NCBI GenBank assembly: GCA_977016875.1
Contig: CDRNST010000033.1
Span: forward strand, 992,001 to 1,056,000
Length of the DNA: 64,000 bases
DNA from: Pavona decussata
Taxonomy: Eukaryota
Reading direction: 5' to 3'
The notes below the pieces were generated by a model. The model searched no databases and had not been told where the DNA came from. It saw only the letters and a program-made list of their open reading frames with translations. The translations under genes were made by a program, and so were the position numbers. Shown one piece after another: positions 52,200 through 64,000 of this stretch. Each line of letters starts with the position of its first letter. Position 1 is the first letter of the stretch.

Positions 52200-53372
52200 T
52201 CCTTACGTTTCCTTCACGACTTCTTTACAGATATTAGACCTTTTTAGTGAAATTTCTGGCCTCCGGCTAAATAACAAGAAAACAGTGGCGTTATGGATTG
52301 GTGCCAACACAGGAAAAGAAACAAACCTTGCCCCAGAGAAGGATTTTAAATGGGTAAAAGACAAAGTTAAAGCATTAGGGGTATGGCTTTCGACCAACCC
52401 CGAAACCACCATAGAAGCTAACGTTCTAACTTTTCAAGGCGTGTTATCAGCTGTAAAAGCCCTATCGAAAAGCAACGTGGCAAACTTCCACAATGGTAAT
52501 GCCATACACGAATCTATTACTGATACTTTTTTAAAGACGAAAAAACCGAATAGACTAGCGTACAAAATTCTTGTGAGCAAAAAAAAAAAAGAGACCCATC
52601 ACCGCCCAAAGGAATGCATGCTTGAAACCCAAGAAATTATCGATTGGAAGACAGTTTACCAAACACCTTTTCTTAGCACAAAAATTACAAAAATAATTGT
52701 CTTCCAATTTAAGCTATTACACAGAAGACTAGCGACCAACAGTTTTTTAACCAAAATAAACCTAAAGGATAATGAGCAGTGCACTTTTTGTCAAAATGAT
52801 AAAAAGACTCTCATCCATCTCTTCTGGACATGTGAGGTATCCACTCTTTTTTGGGCAAGGTACCTCTGGGCAATCAACCGAGGAGAATTTTCAAATAATA
52901 CTAATATATCACCATATCTGGTATTAGGGTTAAAGCCAAACAAGAACAAGAGCATAAACTTCTACTTTTTGATCGCCAGATATTTTATTTGAATATATAA
53001 AATGCGCAGTCTTTCTCCCAAAATAGAAAACTTTTCCCTTTTCCTCTCACATTACAACATAACAAAAACCTTTTCTTAATCCACATGTAAAGGTAAAGCC
53101 ATGCAAACCTCTACCTTAATCTCTCTCTCTCTCTTTTTCATTTATGTATATATATTTATAGTTTTTTTTCCTTTTCTCTCTCTCTCTCTCCTATGTAATA
53201 GCTTTGTAAGTAATATTAAAAGCGTATTGTAAATATACCAATGTACTGTAAGTGATATACGTATTTGTATCTTAGTCGTGTTGGTGCCCCATTGTAAGTA
53301 GTATTTATTGTTGCAGCAGAGTGCTGTATGTTTTGTATTGTAATGTAAGTGATTGTGTTGCATTAAAAAAAA
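52200..53372 (+). mobile_element. L1/Tx1 ORF2 3' fragment
   Basis: FQFKLLHRRLATN and CTFC..HLFWTC zinc finger; poly(A). Confidence 0.8.
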
Positions 53373-55334
53373 GAGTTTTACATCCAAAAGAGAATTACGA
53401 ATGTTTGAACGGTCCATGCTGAATCATATAACAAAACTGAGAAACAATAACAACTTTTATTGTTGTTTCCAAACGTTAAAGGGACAGTGTCACCCATTTT
53501 TGGTGTCACTTTAAGTAGCCAAAAAACACATTATTTTGCATGGATGTAAACGTCAAAATAAATGGCTCGGTTTTGTTAACAACTCTCACTGTTAAAACAC
53601 CCTCCGTTAATAGTTCATTACTGGATGGCTCTCTAGGGATCCCGTTTCAGTAAATTATTCTGGTTATTTTTGCCTCCGTTTGTCAAGTAACGCTCTCTGT
53701 CTCGTCCAGTAATGTATTTTTGTTGTTCTGGTCACGTCGCCGAAGCGTTGTGCTTTCGACTTCATTAGCGAGTTTACGCCTCAGGACGGCTGATGTGGTG
53801 GGACGGCAAATTGTGCTTGTGTGACCAACGTGACGGCTAAGTATTCATGACTCTAGATTATAACATTCCTACCGCTCGTGGTTTTCAGGTTGTCACAGCT
53901 GAGAGAACACCAGTTTTCTAAAAATGTTGCCTAGTTGCCTAAAAATGTGAAGGTACTAAGACGTTATGTTGGTCACATAATGATATTTCACAGTCCCCTT
54001 TCCTCAACCGCCCTGTTGCGTAAGCTCCGGGCTATCCGACCAACAACTTCAGCCAAATCCTTCTGTCTCACCATATCAAGTTCCTGTTGAGCATCGTCAA
54101 CAGATCCCTGGGTAAGATTTTGCAGAGATAATCAGCCAACAATAATTCCAAAAAGCTTTAAAATGCATAACAATATGTGGACTCCTTTTTCCAAATTGTG
54201 ACGTAATATTATTTCTGAAAAATGCGTGGCTAACCCCCAATTTTCTTTTAGGCAGTTTCAATAGCCCTTGCTCAGATCTGGTCTTTCTGCATAGTCACAG
54301 ACCGCGAAAACTACCTTTGGACTAGTAAGCACTGTTCAAGAAACCCGAGTTTCTTGGACCAACCCAATTTGTGTAGAGCGCATGCGTAGTAGCCAAAGGA
54401 GTAACCGTGAGAGGTGGCCGCGGCGTGATGTAGCGACAAAGGGGACTTTACGCAACCACCAGTGCAACGCCAACAAACACGTCATTTGAAAATACAAGTT
54501 CGTGGTACTTGTACTACTTTGCGCTTATTCCAATTCGTTCAACTTAGTCTCAACTTTTACATTTTCTAGATTTTCGAGGTATATAGTCGCTACGCCCCTG
54601 GTAGGAGAGCTTCACCCTTCGGAAGCACATGAAAGTCAAGCTGTATTACTTTTCTCCCACTGCGACAAAGGAAAATAAATTTTTTCCTTAATCCAACTTG
54701 ATGCAAGGCTAAACTTTCACATTCAAGAAAACACAAGACGTCTTAGAATTAACTGTTCCGAAAACGAATGAAGAGATTAGCCAAGGATAGAGCCAGTTGC
54801 CTCAACTGTGGTGCACTGTGTCTGCAAATTTGCTCTATGTAAAAGTTCAGTGGTACTTTGAAAAGAAAAATTTCCCTTGGAGCAATGTATTATCTTACGT
54901 TTCCTTTTTGTCGCTGAACAGAATCTTTTGAGAAATCTAGCGATATTTAGTCGTCACTTGGTGACGTATAGAAACCGTTTTATTCTTGAGAATAAATGAT
55001 AATTGTTCATAGTTTTACCTAGGTTCAAGGGGTATTTTTTTAATACTTTGCTTTTATTTTATCCAGTTTTAGATTTTTTTCTTTATACCTATATTGTTAT
55101 CAAATTTCTTAGAGCAAACAAACAAAAAACAGAATAATAAGAAGAATGGTATCACCTCGCTGTACTTATCAGATGACATCTCGGAATGAATGATATAACA
55201 GCTACTATGCACGGCTGCTACTGACAAAAAATCATCCTGAATTAATCGGTGGTGGGAACCACCAACTCTCCCCACCTCTGGACGTCCTGGATGAACAAGG
55301 GATACCTGACAGCGAAGCATGACATTAAAGCATT

Positions 55335-55590
55335 TTATATTGCCGCTTCGTCAATGTCCAGACCCCTATTAGCAAAGTGCGTGTTCATTGCTCTTATACT
55401 TTTGTTCATCTTATTTCGATGACCAATCAGTGAGATTCCCATTTCTCTCAAATCACTATCCCGCAGTCTAGCGACGTTTTCCAGGTTATCGATGTTCGCA
55501 GCGTGGAATACGTCCACGTACTTCTCCATGTTGATAAATTTGAGCCATTCATCGACAGACTGGAATTCTGGCGGAGCCTCTTTCTCGGAA
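55335..55590 (-). CDS. Terminal exon encoding a SAM domain, Eph-receptor-like
   Basis: Pyrimidine tract with CTAG acceptor; FQSVDEWLKFINMEKYVDVF..LREMGISLIGHRNKM; hydrophobic C-terminus EAAI*. Confidence 0.7.
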
Positions 55591-56094
55591 CTAGAAAAAA
55601 AAAAACTTGTTTAACCATTTGAGAATTAAAATTGGGCTACATTATATTGCAAGAGTAGAGCAGTTTTTTCGAATTAAAATAACTGGCGTATACTATTTTT
55701 CTAATTGGAGGGCGAGGGGCGACAGGCATTAAAGCCAATGACTGACAAATGCATCGTCCAACAATGTAGATACTGCTTATACATGCATTAGAAGCAATGC
55801 AATTTTCCTCATTGACTAGAAATATTTTCCTTCAAGACTAAGTACGCTAACAACATTCACGCGACGCTGGCAGGCTTTATAAATCCGGAAATAACAACTG
55901 CGTGCCTAAGACAAAGTCGGCATTAGTTTAAAGGTGCATCTTTCATAGCAAATACGAAGACGCTTGTTAAACCTTAGTGTCCACGTGGCCCTGATCAGTT
56001 AGTTAACAGTACGATTAATGGAACTTACTCGTTTGTACTGGGACTGGCAATGGCGGAGTAAAGACGTGTTGGAAAACCTTCCGTCTAATATTAC

Positions 56095-57930
56095 CATTTG
56101 GATGACTTAATGAAAGATTTTTTTAAGCTACTGCTCACTAAAAGAAAAACAAGTCATTTATCCTCCGATAGTTCTCTAGATACCTCGCCAGAACCAAAGA
56201 AACTTAAAGAATGTGACAAATCTAATTCTTCCGAAACCGAATGCGACGAACGAAGGTGACGATATTTTCCTATCTGCACTGAATATGGCCGAAGAAGAAT
56301 GGGACAAAGAGGACACGGAAATGGTGCTGCGGACCTTCCTGGAAACGGAATTAGGCTTTGATGATGCTGTCAATGTTGAAATACAGCGAGTTCATCAGGT
56401 CCATCGCCTAGGAAAAAAAGAGTAGAAAGCCCCAGACCCATACTTGCTAGATTCCTACGATATAAGGACTGTGGAAAGCTTCTTCGTCTTCGGGAAACCA
56501 ACTACAACTGAAAATGTACCAAGACCCTCCTTTTGAGATTGTTGAACGTAGGAGAGCGCAGATGGAAACCTTCATTAAAGGCAAGACGTAACAATATACC
56601 CGCAGCCTTCAGCAAAGCCCAGCCTGACAAACTGTACATAAGAGGAAAATTATGGCCGCCTGGAATGCCATTAAAACTGTGAGTTTAATAATACAAGTCT
56701 CAAATATTTAAGTTGTAACTTTTAGTATTTTCTCTTCAACAACTTATATCCGTTATTTCATCTGAAGCACTTGTTTTGTGTTTACTCGATCTTATGAAAG
56801 GTGGGCGGGACGGAAAACACGCTTCTGTCGGAATACATCTCTTCTTAAACTTTACTTGGTTTTGTGACTCTCGAAACCAAGCAAGTGAGATTTCCACTGA
56901 AATGCCACGCTCTGTCAGTGATCTTTTTTTATTTCTTTTGGTGTTTTTATTTACATGTATGTTTTCTTTTTTGTTTAATCGAGGAAAAAGTGTCCTACTG
57001 TTATGTAATTAGTTCCTTTAAATAATCTTCTAATTTTGTTGCTATGAAAATTCGTCCAACGAATGTTTGTTTACGGAAATCAACTCGAACAGTTTTGCAT
57101 TCGAAATACTGCTTCTGCTCAAAAGATGCAAATCGAACAGGTAACACCTCATCTTCGCTGGTTCACTATTTAAGACAATACCCTGCTATTAACTGTGGTA
57201 ATGGCTGAACTAAAAATTGCATCTATGAATGTCAGGGGAATAGGAAACAACAACAAGAGAAGAGAGACATTCAACTGGCTCAGAAGCAAACAACAATCAA
57301 TTATCTTTTTGCAAGAGGTACACTCTACGGAAGCAACTATTGACACGTGGAGATCTGAATGGGGCTACAAAGCTCTCTTTAGTTGCTTTTCAAGCAGCTC
57401 AGCAGCCGTCTGCATTCTCTTCAACAACAATTTTAAATTTGATATTTTGAAAACCTTTTCGGACTCTTCCGGACGTTATATTATATGCGATATCAAAACT
57501 GACGAAAAACATTTCACCCTTGCAAACATTTACGCTCCTAATGAAGACGACCCGACATTTGTTAAGCAGTTTTTTGATCACTTACACTACGAAGAAATTA
57601 TCTTGGGAGGTGATTTCAATCTCGTTTTGGATGTTAAGGAGGATAAGAAGGGCGGCCTTCCTAGAACCTACCAAAATGCTTTGAAAATAATCAATCAAAA
57701 TTGCGAAGAACTTAACTTAACTGATATACGGAGAACGCTGAACGCTGATAAACACAGAGAAATACATGGCGCCGGAAGAAGCCAGAAATCCAACGCAGAC
57801 TTGATTTCTTTTTAATAAGCTCAGATTTAATCTGCGATATTAACCTAGCAGACATTGTTCCCGGGTACAAAACCGATCATTCAATGATATTGCTTAAAAT
57901 AGCCCTACACTACAACCCAAGAGGAAGAGG
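56095..57930 (+). mobile_element. L1/Tx1 5' fragment (ORF1 remnant plus APE endonuclease)
   Basis: EIQRVH..PRPILARF; ASMNVRG, LQEVH, NIYAPN, GGDFN, RLDFFL and TDH. Confidence 0.85.
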
Positions 57931-58119
57931 CTTAGGTGACGCCATTAAAAAAAATAATAAGAAAACAATAAATTTAAACAACAACATAAATTAATTTCCA
58001 TTACATTTAATTTATACAGCTATTTCAATTAACGTTGTCGGATCAAAGCATAAAACTACAAGGCAAGACCGCAAGGTTATATGGGATATTTTTATGAATA
58101 AATTCCATCAAAATCAGCA

Positions 58120-58310
58120 ATGTATCGCCCGTCCAGTGAAGATCTACGATGGTGAGCCATTTGGATGAAAGAATGTTAGGATATCAAGTGGATGAAGTGG
58201 CAGCTGTTTTAAGGGTGCCAACAAGAACTATCAAACGTTATGTCGCAAGAGTTATATATTTCGGAGAAGTGAAAGCAAACACCATTGGAAGACCGATAAA
58301 CAGTGCCCTT
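58120..58310 (+). pseudogene. Tc1/IS630-like transposase N-terminal HTH fragment
   Basis: SEDLRW..EVAAVLRVPTRTIKRYV..GEV..GRP. Confidence 0.55.
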
Positions 58311-59029
58311 GCTGATCTTTACTTATATTTTACAGCCGTTACAAAGCTGGTTAGCTTTTTGTCTAAGATAATAGATCTAAGAGCACGGAGATATAACTTT
58401 ACACGAGCCCATTCACTGAATGGCAATGGTTGGTCTTTGAACTATAGCGGCATTGTGGGTTCAATTTTCTCTCCCTTTCATATAAATAACACACTGGTTT
58501 TTCGACATCAACAATCTGTCTCAGTTATGGAACGGATTTAAACATTACAGTAAAGACACAAGGCGCAAGTCCGATGACAATATTCCACAACAACTTAAGA
58601 TAATAGAGGTGCAGAATGTATTTATGCAACAGTGAAACGAGAAACCACTAAAACATTTCTTGTCACGTTTCGTTTCCAATAATTTAACCGATAAATAAGA
58701 CAAACTAATTCGGTTTTTTAGTTTTATTTCTGAGTAATTTTTTCTTCATTCTTCGGAAATCTGGTTGACTTTTTTTCGAAGTCATTCGCATTACAAGGCG
58801 TAATAGATCAAGACCGTAGTAAAAAGTACTAACCGGACGGGTGTAAACATACAGCCACAACTGTATCCACAACGAAAAAGTTGTTGAATTATTTTAAAAG
58901 AACGACGTTAATCGAAGACGTAGGCTGTGTTTTTTAAGAGTAGCGGCGGGTAGGGTAGTTCAAATCTTTTCTCATGGTCATGAAAACACTCTCAACCTTC
59001 TATGATTGTGTTGACAATCCTTCGACAAA

Positions 59030-59700
59030 ATGTTTCCTAATACTGAGCAATTGAAGGGTTTCATCAGGGGTTCCAAACACCGAGAAACAGATGAAAGCAC
59101 GAGGCCGCTCCGGCCGAGTGCTTTTATTGTTTCGAGGTCGAAGAAGAGTCTGCTTTTGTCAGTGGAGCTAGACCAAGTAGCCCGAAGTACAAAGATAAGT
59201 GGGTGGTGGAAATTGTTTTTTTGGCAAAGGACGAGAACATTGAAATTTCCGGATTTAGAAGTTCGAAGCGTTTTCAAAGATTACGATTTTCACCTCTTGT
59301 GTTCTCTCGAGGACAATTTGGAGCACATGGATGCTTTATCGTTCAACTACTGGCTTGCTAAATTTATCCAGGAGGTGGCAAATAAGAAGGGCAGCCGCTA
59401 TTCTCCACGAACGTTGTATGGTATCGTATGCGGTCTAAAGAGGCATTTAGAGGAGGTGAAGGGCAAATCCGCATTCAATATTTTGGATTATAAGGACAAG
59501 AGGTAGGCGTGTGCATATAGAAGCGACCAGTGAGTCTTCTGACTTTTTAAATAAAAAAGATTGTTTTACTGTATTTAAAAAATTCGAAATATTTCGCCGC
59601 ATACTGGACGCTAAGATGAAAGACGTCACTCATGTTGATGAGGCGCCTCCGACAAAAAGAGAGGAGAAAGAAGCAGTATCTGACGAATTACCTTCAATTG
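59030..59700 (+). mobile_element. Crypton-like (DUF3504-type) remnant
   Basis: FNYWLAKFIQEVANKKGSRYSPRTLYGIVCGLKRHL and FRRILDAKMK. Confidence 0.75.
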
Positions 59701-60122
59701 CCTTTATTTAAACTTCGTTTGCTTACATGACCTGCTATACTACCGTACATACGTTAGCTGATAGCTTACTTGCATTCATTACTTATATTGGTTCCCTCCC
59801 AATTTGCTGGCTTAATTGAATCATCACTTATTGATGCTGTATCAATCTTTACTGTATTAACCTTTAATCCAAAGCTTATTAAACATTTTCCGTGTTTCCA
59901 TAGCGTCACAGAAGACGAGTAGAAGTCTCAGAGAACGAAACCTTGCTGAGAAAACACGGGCCATAGGAGAGTTTTCAATACTCTTTGAAGTTCTCCCAAA
60001 CGACTACAATTTGTCTCTAATAATTCTATGGCAATAACACAAATGTTTTCGTTTCCTAAGTTTTTAGAATAACCCATGAAAAACGAACCATGTTTTAAAC
60101 ACCCTATAGAAACATGGACTTA

Positions 60123-60826
60123 AGCGGCCTTCACACGGCAAACTCAAGTTGGTGTGTGTGAACGGCACAAAAACAGTCGGCAAACAAGTTGGTAAACTGT
60201 TGGCGACAAATAGAACTTGCCTCTATTCTCGCCAATTTTTTCAGCAACTTTTTCGTGTTGGTAAACTCGTATTTGACCTGTGAACGGTTGGCAAACGTGT
60301 GTCGGTGACTGTCAACGAATCAAAACACGCGCTCTATTCACGTGATTTGCATGACACTTCACAAAATGGTGGACGTACGTGAAGACGAACGTGCAATTTT
60401 TCAATTCATCGAGGAAGTTCAAAACTGTCCAGATCTGTGGGGACAAGAGAGGATGAAGGTACCTTCATCCTCTCTTGGTGGGGACGAAAATGGAAGAACT
60501 AGCGGAGAAACTGGGGTTAAAAGGCGCGAAGCTCTTGGACAAGCGTGTCGCACGCTCCAAGGTTGGGATTTCTACTGATATAAGGTTTCGTCGAAACCTT
60601 TCTATTTTTCCAGCGTTTTCTGTTTCTTCTTCGGCGATTATCATACACTAGGACCAAGGCACAAGCAGCAACTCTTCGTGAGTGCCACTGCACTACGTCA
60701 GCCATGGTGCAAATTTAGCGTGTTGTGATTTGACGCGAGTTTGACATGTGAAGGCACGAGCTTGCCAACTTTTTGAAGTTCGCCAACACGAGTTTGCCAA
60801 CTTTAGTTTGCCGTGTGAAGGCCGCT
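60123..60826. mobile_element. Internally deleted PIF/Harbinger element
   Basis: AGCGGCCTTCACACGGCAAACT TIRs; TTA TSD; convergent MADF-like (FIEEVQNCPDLW, +) and transposase N-terminal (-) stubs. Confidence 0.85.
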
Positions 60827-61705
60827 TTAAACTCTTTCAGAGCGCACACTCACAATTTTTGCAACTAATTTTAGCCCTTATCGTGGTCAACAACCAAACA
60901 ATGAGAGCAATGAGAGCGTGCGTTGCAGTCAAAGTAAATTCAGGTACATAAACAATAACTCAGTATATTACCTTACAAACACTAATTATCCTACTGTAAC
61001 CCCAGAAAATTTACCGACCCGTTTGGACAAATCACTTTTTTTCTATTCTATTAACAGTTTTCCCTTTAGACAATCATATTTGGTGACAAGAAAACAATAA
61101 ATTAGAACAGGCACATGCATGCCATACGAAAACAAAGCCAAAAAATACTGTGGTTCTATTAGCTGTAAATTAGTTCTTAGAAATACTTCAGAAACAACTT
61201 AAAATTGAAAACTGCAAACGGAATAGGTTAGTGTGTAATTAACTTTCCTTCCGCTGTATTTTACCCCAACGAAACAACGTTAAATATCCATAAAATGATA
61301 AACAACCCTGTGGCTGTTTCTGAAAAGAAACTACGGCTTAACAAATAAAGCCTGTTAACAACAGGTATATTTTCACCATTGTCAAGTCAGTATTGTTGCA
61401 ATTATTTAAAACGGCTACTGTCACCTTCCATCAGACGAAGAAAGGGAAGAAAAATCAAATGAACCAAATGAACTGAAACATCCCTAAAAACTATTGTGAC
61501 GATTAGCCAATCGAATGAGTGACATTAGCTTCAACTTTCTCCGAGGTCTAAGCCAAGGTAAGCAAGATCTCTCAAAAATGAATGTCTAAGATATATTTTG
61601 ACTTACATTGCTTTACCCAGTTTTCATTGCATTTTGCAATTGATTGTTAGTTAGTTTTAGCAGTCTTGGTAACTATTATTAGTAAATGGAAAAATTTGTA
61701 CACGC

Positions 61706-61707
<2 letters not shown>

Positions 61708-61775
<68 letters not shown>

Positions 61776-61790
61776 GTTGTTGTTGTTATT
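61708..61790. repeat. (ATT)n/(GTT)n microsatellite
   Basis: Seen directly. Confidence 0.98.
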
Positions 61791-62032
61791 GGAGCCGGTT
61801 CTTCAAAAGCCGATTAACGCTGATCCCCTATAAAAAGTTAACCGAGGTTTTCAATTTGCTCGTCAAAAATATCTTTAAAAGTTAATATTAAGCTGATGGC
61901 AAGGAAAATTCTATGCCAAAACTGAAGGACAAAAATCTTCCCACAAAACTTTAATTGATTAGTAATTAAACTAGAATCAAAGTTCAGCTTTGAACAACAG
62001 GCCTCTGAACCACAGTATATTGTTTGTTTGTC

Positions 62033-62352
62033 CTAGATCCTTGTCTCGTATAACACTTCAATGTCAGTGGGAGTGAAACCGGTGCTTCCTGCATAAAATG
62101 TACAGGAACGACCAGATGAAGAATACCCTGGGGGGAGGGGTTAAGCTCTGTCACAATAGGTATGAGAATATTCTAAGGTTCCTGCGTCTATGAAGATGTC
62201 ATCAGTACCAAACGATGGTCCATTCTCATAGCATCCGAGTATAGCGTAACGGGTTTCCTCCGACTTGATCTGCAGCTTAACAGGAGCGTAGCCATTGATG
62301 TTATACAGTGAGAAGATAAATGCTTTATTGGATGCAACATACGCGCACCTTG
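62033..62352 (-). pseudogene. TLDc-domain terminal exon with an in-frame TAA
   Basis: AFIFSL..YAI..GPSFG..DIFI..*..FYAGSTGFTPTDIEVLY*; the domain continues in frame past the stop at 62141-62143. Confidence 0.7.
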
Positions 62353-62599
62353 CTTGGGAAAAAACAAAAATATTTAGCTTAGCAGCATAACATCTGTACC
62401 TGTTGATTTTTTTTTTAAACAATTTTTATTCTACTTTCTGTCGTACTTGTTTACATCAAATCGGCTATTTACATATTACTATTAATTCGCTAAAGCAATA
62501 CAATGTAACTTAAGTTAAATGTTACACAATATTATTATCAAAGTCATTTACATCATTATTCATTTATTATTGTAGTTGTTTTAGGGGGGGAGGAGACAT

Positions 62600-63600
62600 T
62601 TTTTGTACTTCATTGCTGACCTTCAACTATGTACTTTGGAAGGATTCTTGTAATAAAATCTGGGAGGAGAATTAATTTATCGTGTAGTTTGCTAGTATAG
62701 ATGTAGTACCTCGTGAAAAACAGGGTATAATTAAATCTGGCTAATAAGCGTTTTTCGTACGATCCGGAAAGGATGGCAAACAGTTTTTCTTCAGCAGGCG
62801 GGTTAAATCGAGAGCCATTTACGGTATTGAACCAAGCGATAACTTTCTGTGTGAAGACTTGAATGGGGGAGCAATCTCTAAAAGTGTGGTCGATGGAATC
62901 TTTTTCACCACAGTATATACAATTGTCATCTTCTTTAATGCCAAAACAATGCAGCTCTTTTGTGTCACTTTAATTCGATGAATTAGCTTGAAATGAAATT
63001 CCTTTAGCTTTGTTTCTTTGCAGAATTTATTTTAGGGATGAAAACATTTTTTTCCACTTTTCCTCACTCAGAGATAAATTTCTGTTCCATTTCTTTGGAC
63101 CTGCATGCTCCGCTGTGTGGGTTTTTTCCAAAAGTAATTCATAAACGTCCCTTGTCTTGATATTATCTAGGCGTGACTGGAGTGATTCATGGAAATGAAC
63201 AGGGAAGACATTATCATTGTAAAGCTCTTTCCTAATTGGTTCTGGGGTCCTTGCGTTAATCAAAAGTAGTTTTGGAATGGCGCTGATAATCTGATAGTAT
63301 TGAAGAAAATTAGTTTTACAAGAGTACTTTCTAATACATTAACGGTACGATAATAATTGACCTTCATGGTCTAGAAGGTCTTAGATAGACAGAATGCCTT
63401 TCTCATATCATTCTTTATTGAACACCGGGTTGTTTTCGACGAGTATTTCTTTGTTATTATAGAAAACGGTGTCTTGTGCTTGATCATAACCATAGAGAAT
63501 CTTAAGTTCATTGAAGTAGGCCAAAATATATCTATAGAAAGTTGGAAGTTGGGGAAAGTGTTTTGTATCGTAAATTACATTTCAATAAAAAATTCAGTAA
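62600..63600 (-). mobile_element. L1/Tx1 ORF2 3' fragment
   Basis: NFLQYYQIISAIP, KLKEFHFKLIHR and CIYCGEKDSIDHTF. Confidence 0.75.
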
Positions 63601-64000
63601 CTGTTAATATTTCTTACTTAAATGTTTAATGTCTTACTTGCATTTTTTTATATCGACTAAGTACCAAATAACCACAAAACTGTTGGTTTAAAGCCAACGA
63701 TTTGTTGAAATTAATTGTTAGTTCAAAGAAAGTACTGAGGAAATAAAATTCTCAATTCACATTTAAGCACGGCTCCTGATTACGAGGGGACTGGGTCGGG
63801 AGTAAGAAGTTTCTGTTGTTTGTCCAGTCTCCTTTCCCGCCCGATCGATCCTTGCCGTCTAAAATTGATTTTCAAGACACTTGAAGTGTTTTCTATGTGA
63901 ATAAAAAACCAGGAAACTTCGCCGGTCAGATAAGTAGATCAAAAACATTTTTGCAGACTACACTTGGAATGCCTTGGTTTGGAGCCTCTTTTGTCCCGTT

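Noticed and set aside
55335-55590. Local Eph-like SAM exon as donor of the transposon SAMs
   Set aside because: Only generic SAM similarity; it lacks the IG|L intron, and the transposon SAMs lack the GHR motif

Overview
AT-rich animal genomic DNA with spliceosomal introns and one N gap; the repeat and gene content resembles a cnidarian such as a stony coral (inference). Most of the window is transposable elements. The stand-out is an apparently intact 6.8-kb Zator-like DNA transposon (3598-10414; ~41-bp TIRs, TTA target-site duplication, TSD). It carries two spliced genes head-to-head, about 75 bp apart: a 1184-aa DD(D/E) transposase with a SAP-like domain, and a 473-aa protein with two tandem SAM domains. 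Next is a nest of insertions: a decayed piggyBac-like transposase is split by a 15-kb Mutator/MULE element, which holds two copies of a 1.65-kb TIR element and a Mag-type Gypsy LTR retrotransposon, and is split further by LINE and Penelope pieces. Remnants of DIRS, Crypton, RTE, BEL, CR1/L2, L1/Tx1 and Harbinger elements and many MITEs follow. Host sequence comprises a 5-exon PAN/EGF-like/fibrinogen-like gene, an Eph-like terminal SAM exon and a TLDc exon with an internal stop. All family calls come from motif recognition by eye; no searches were run.
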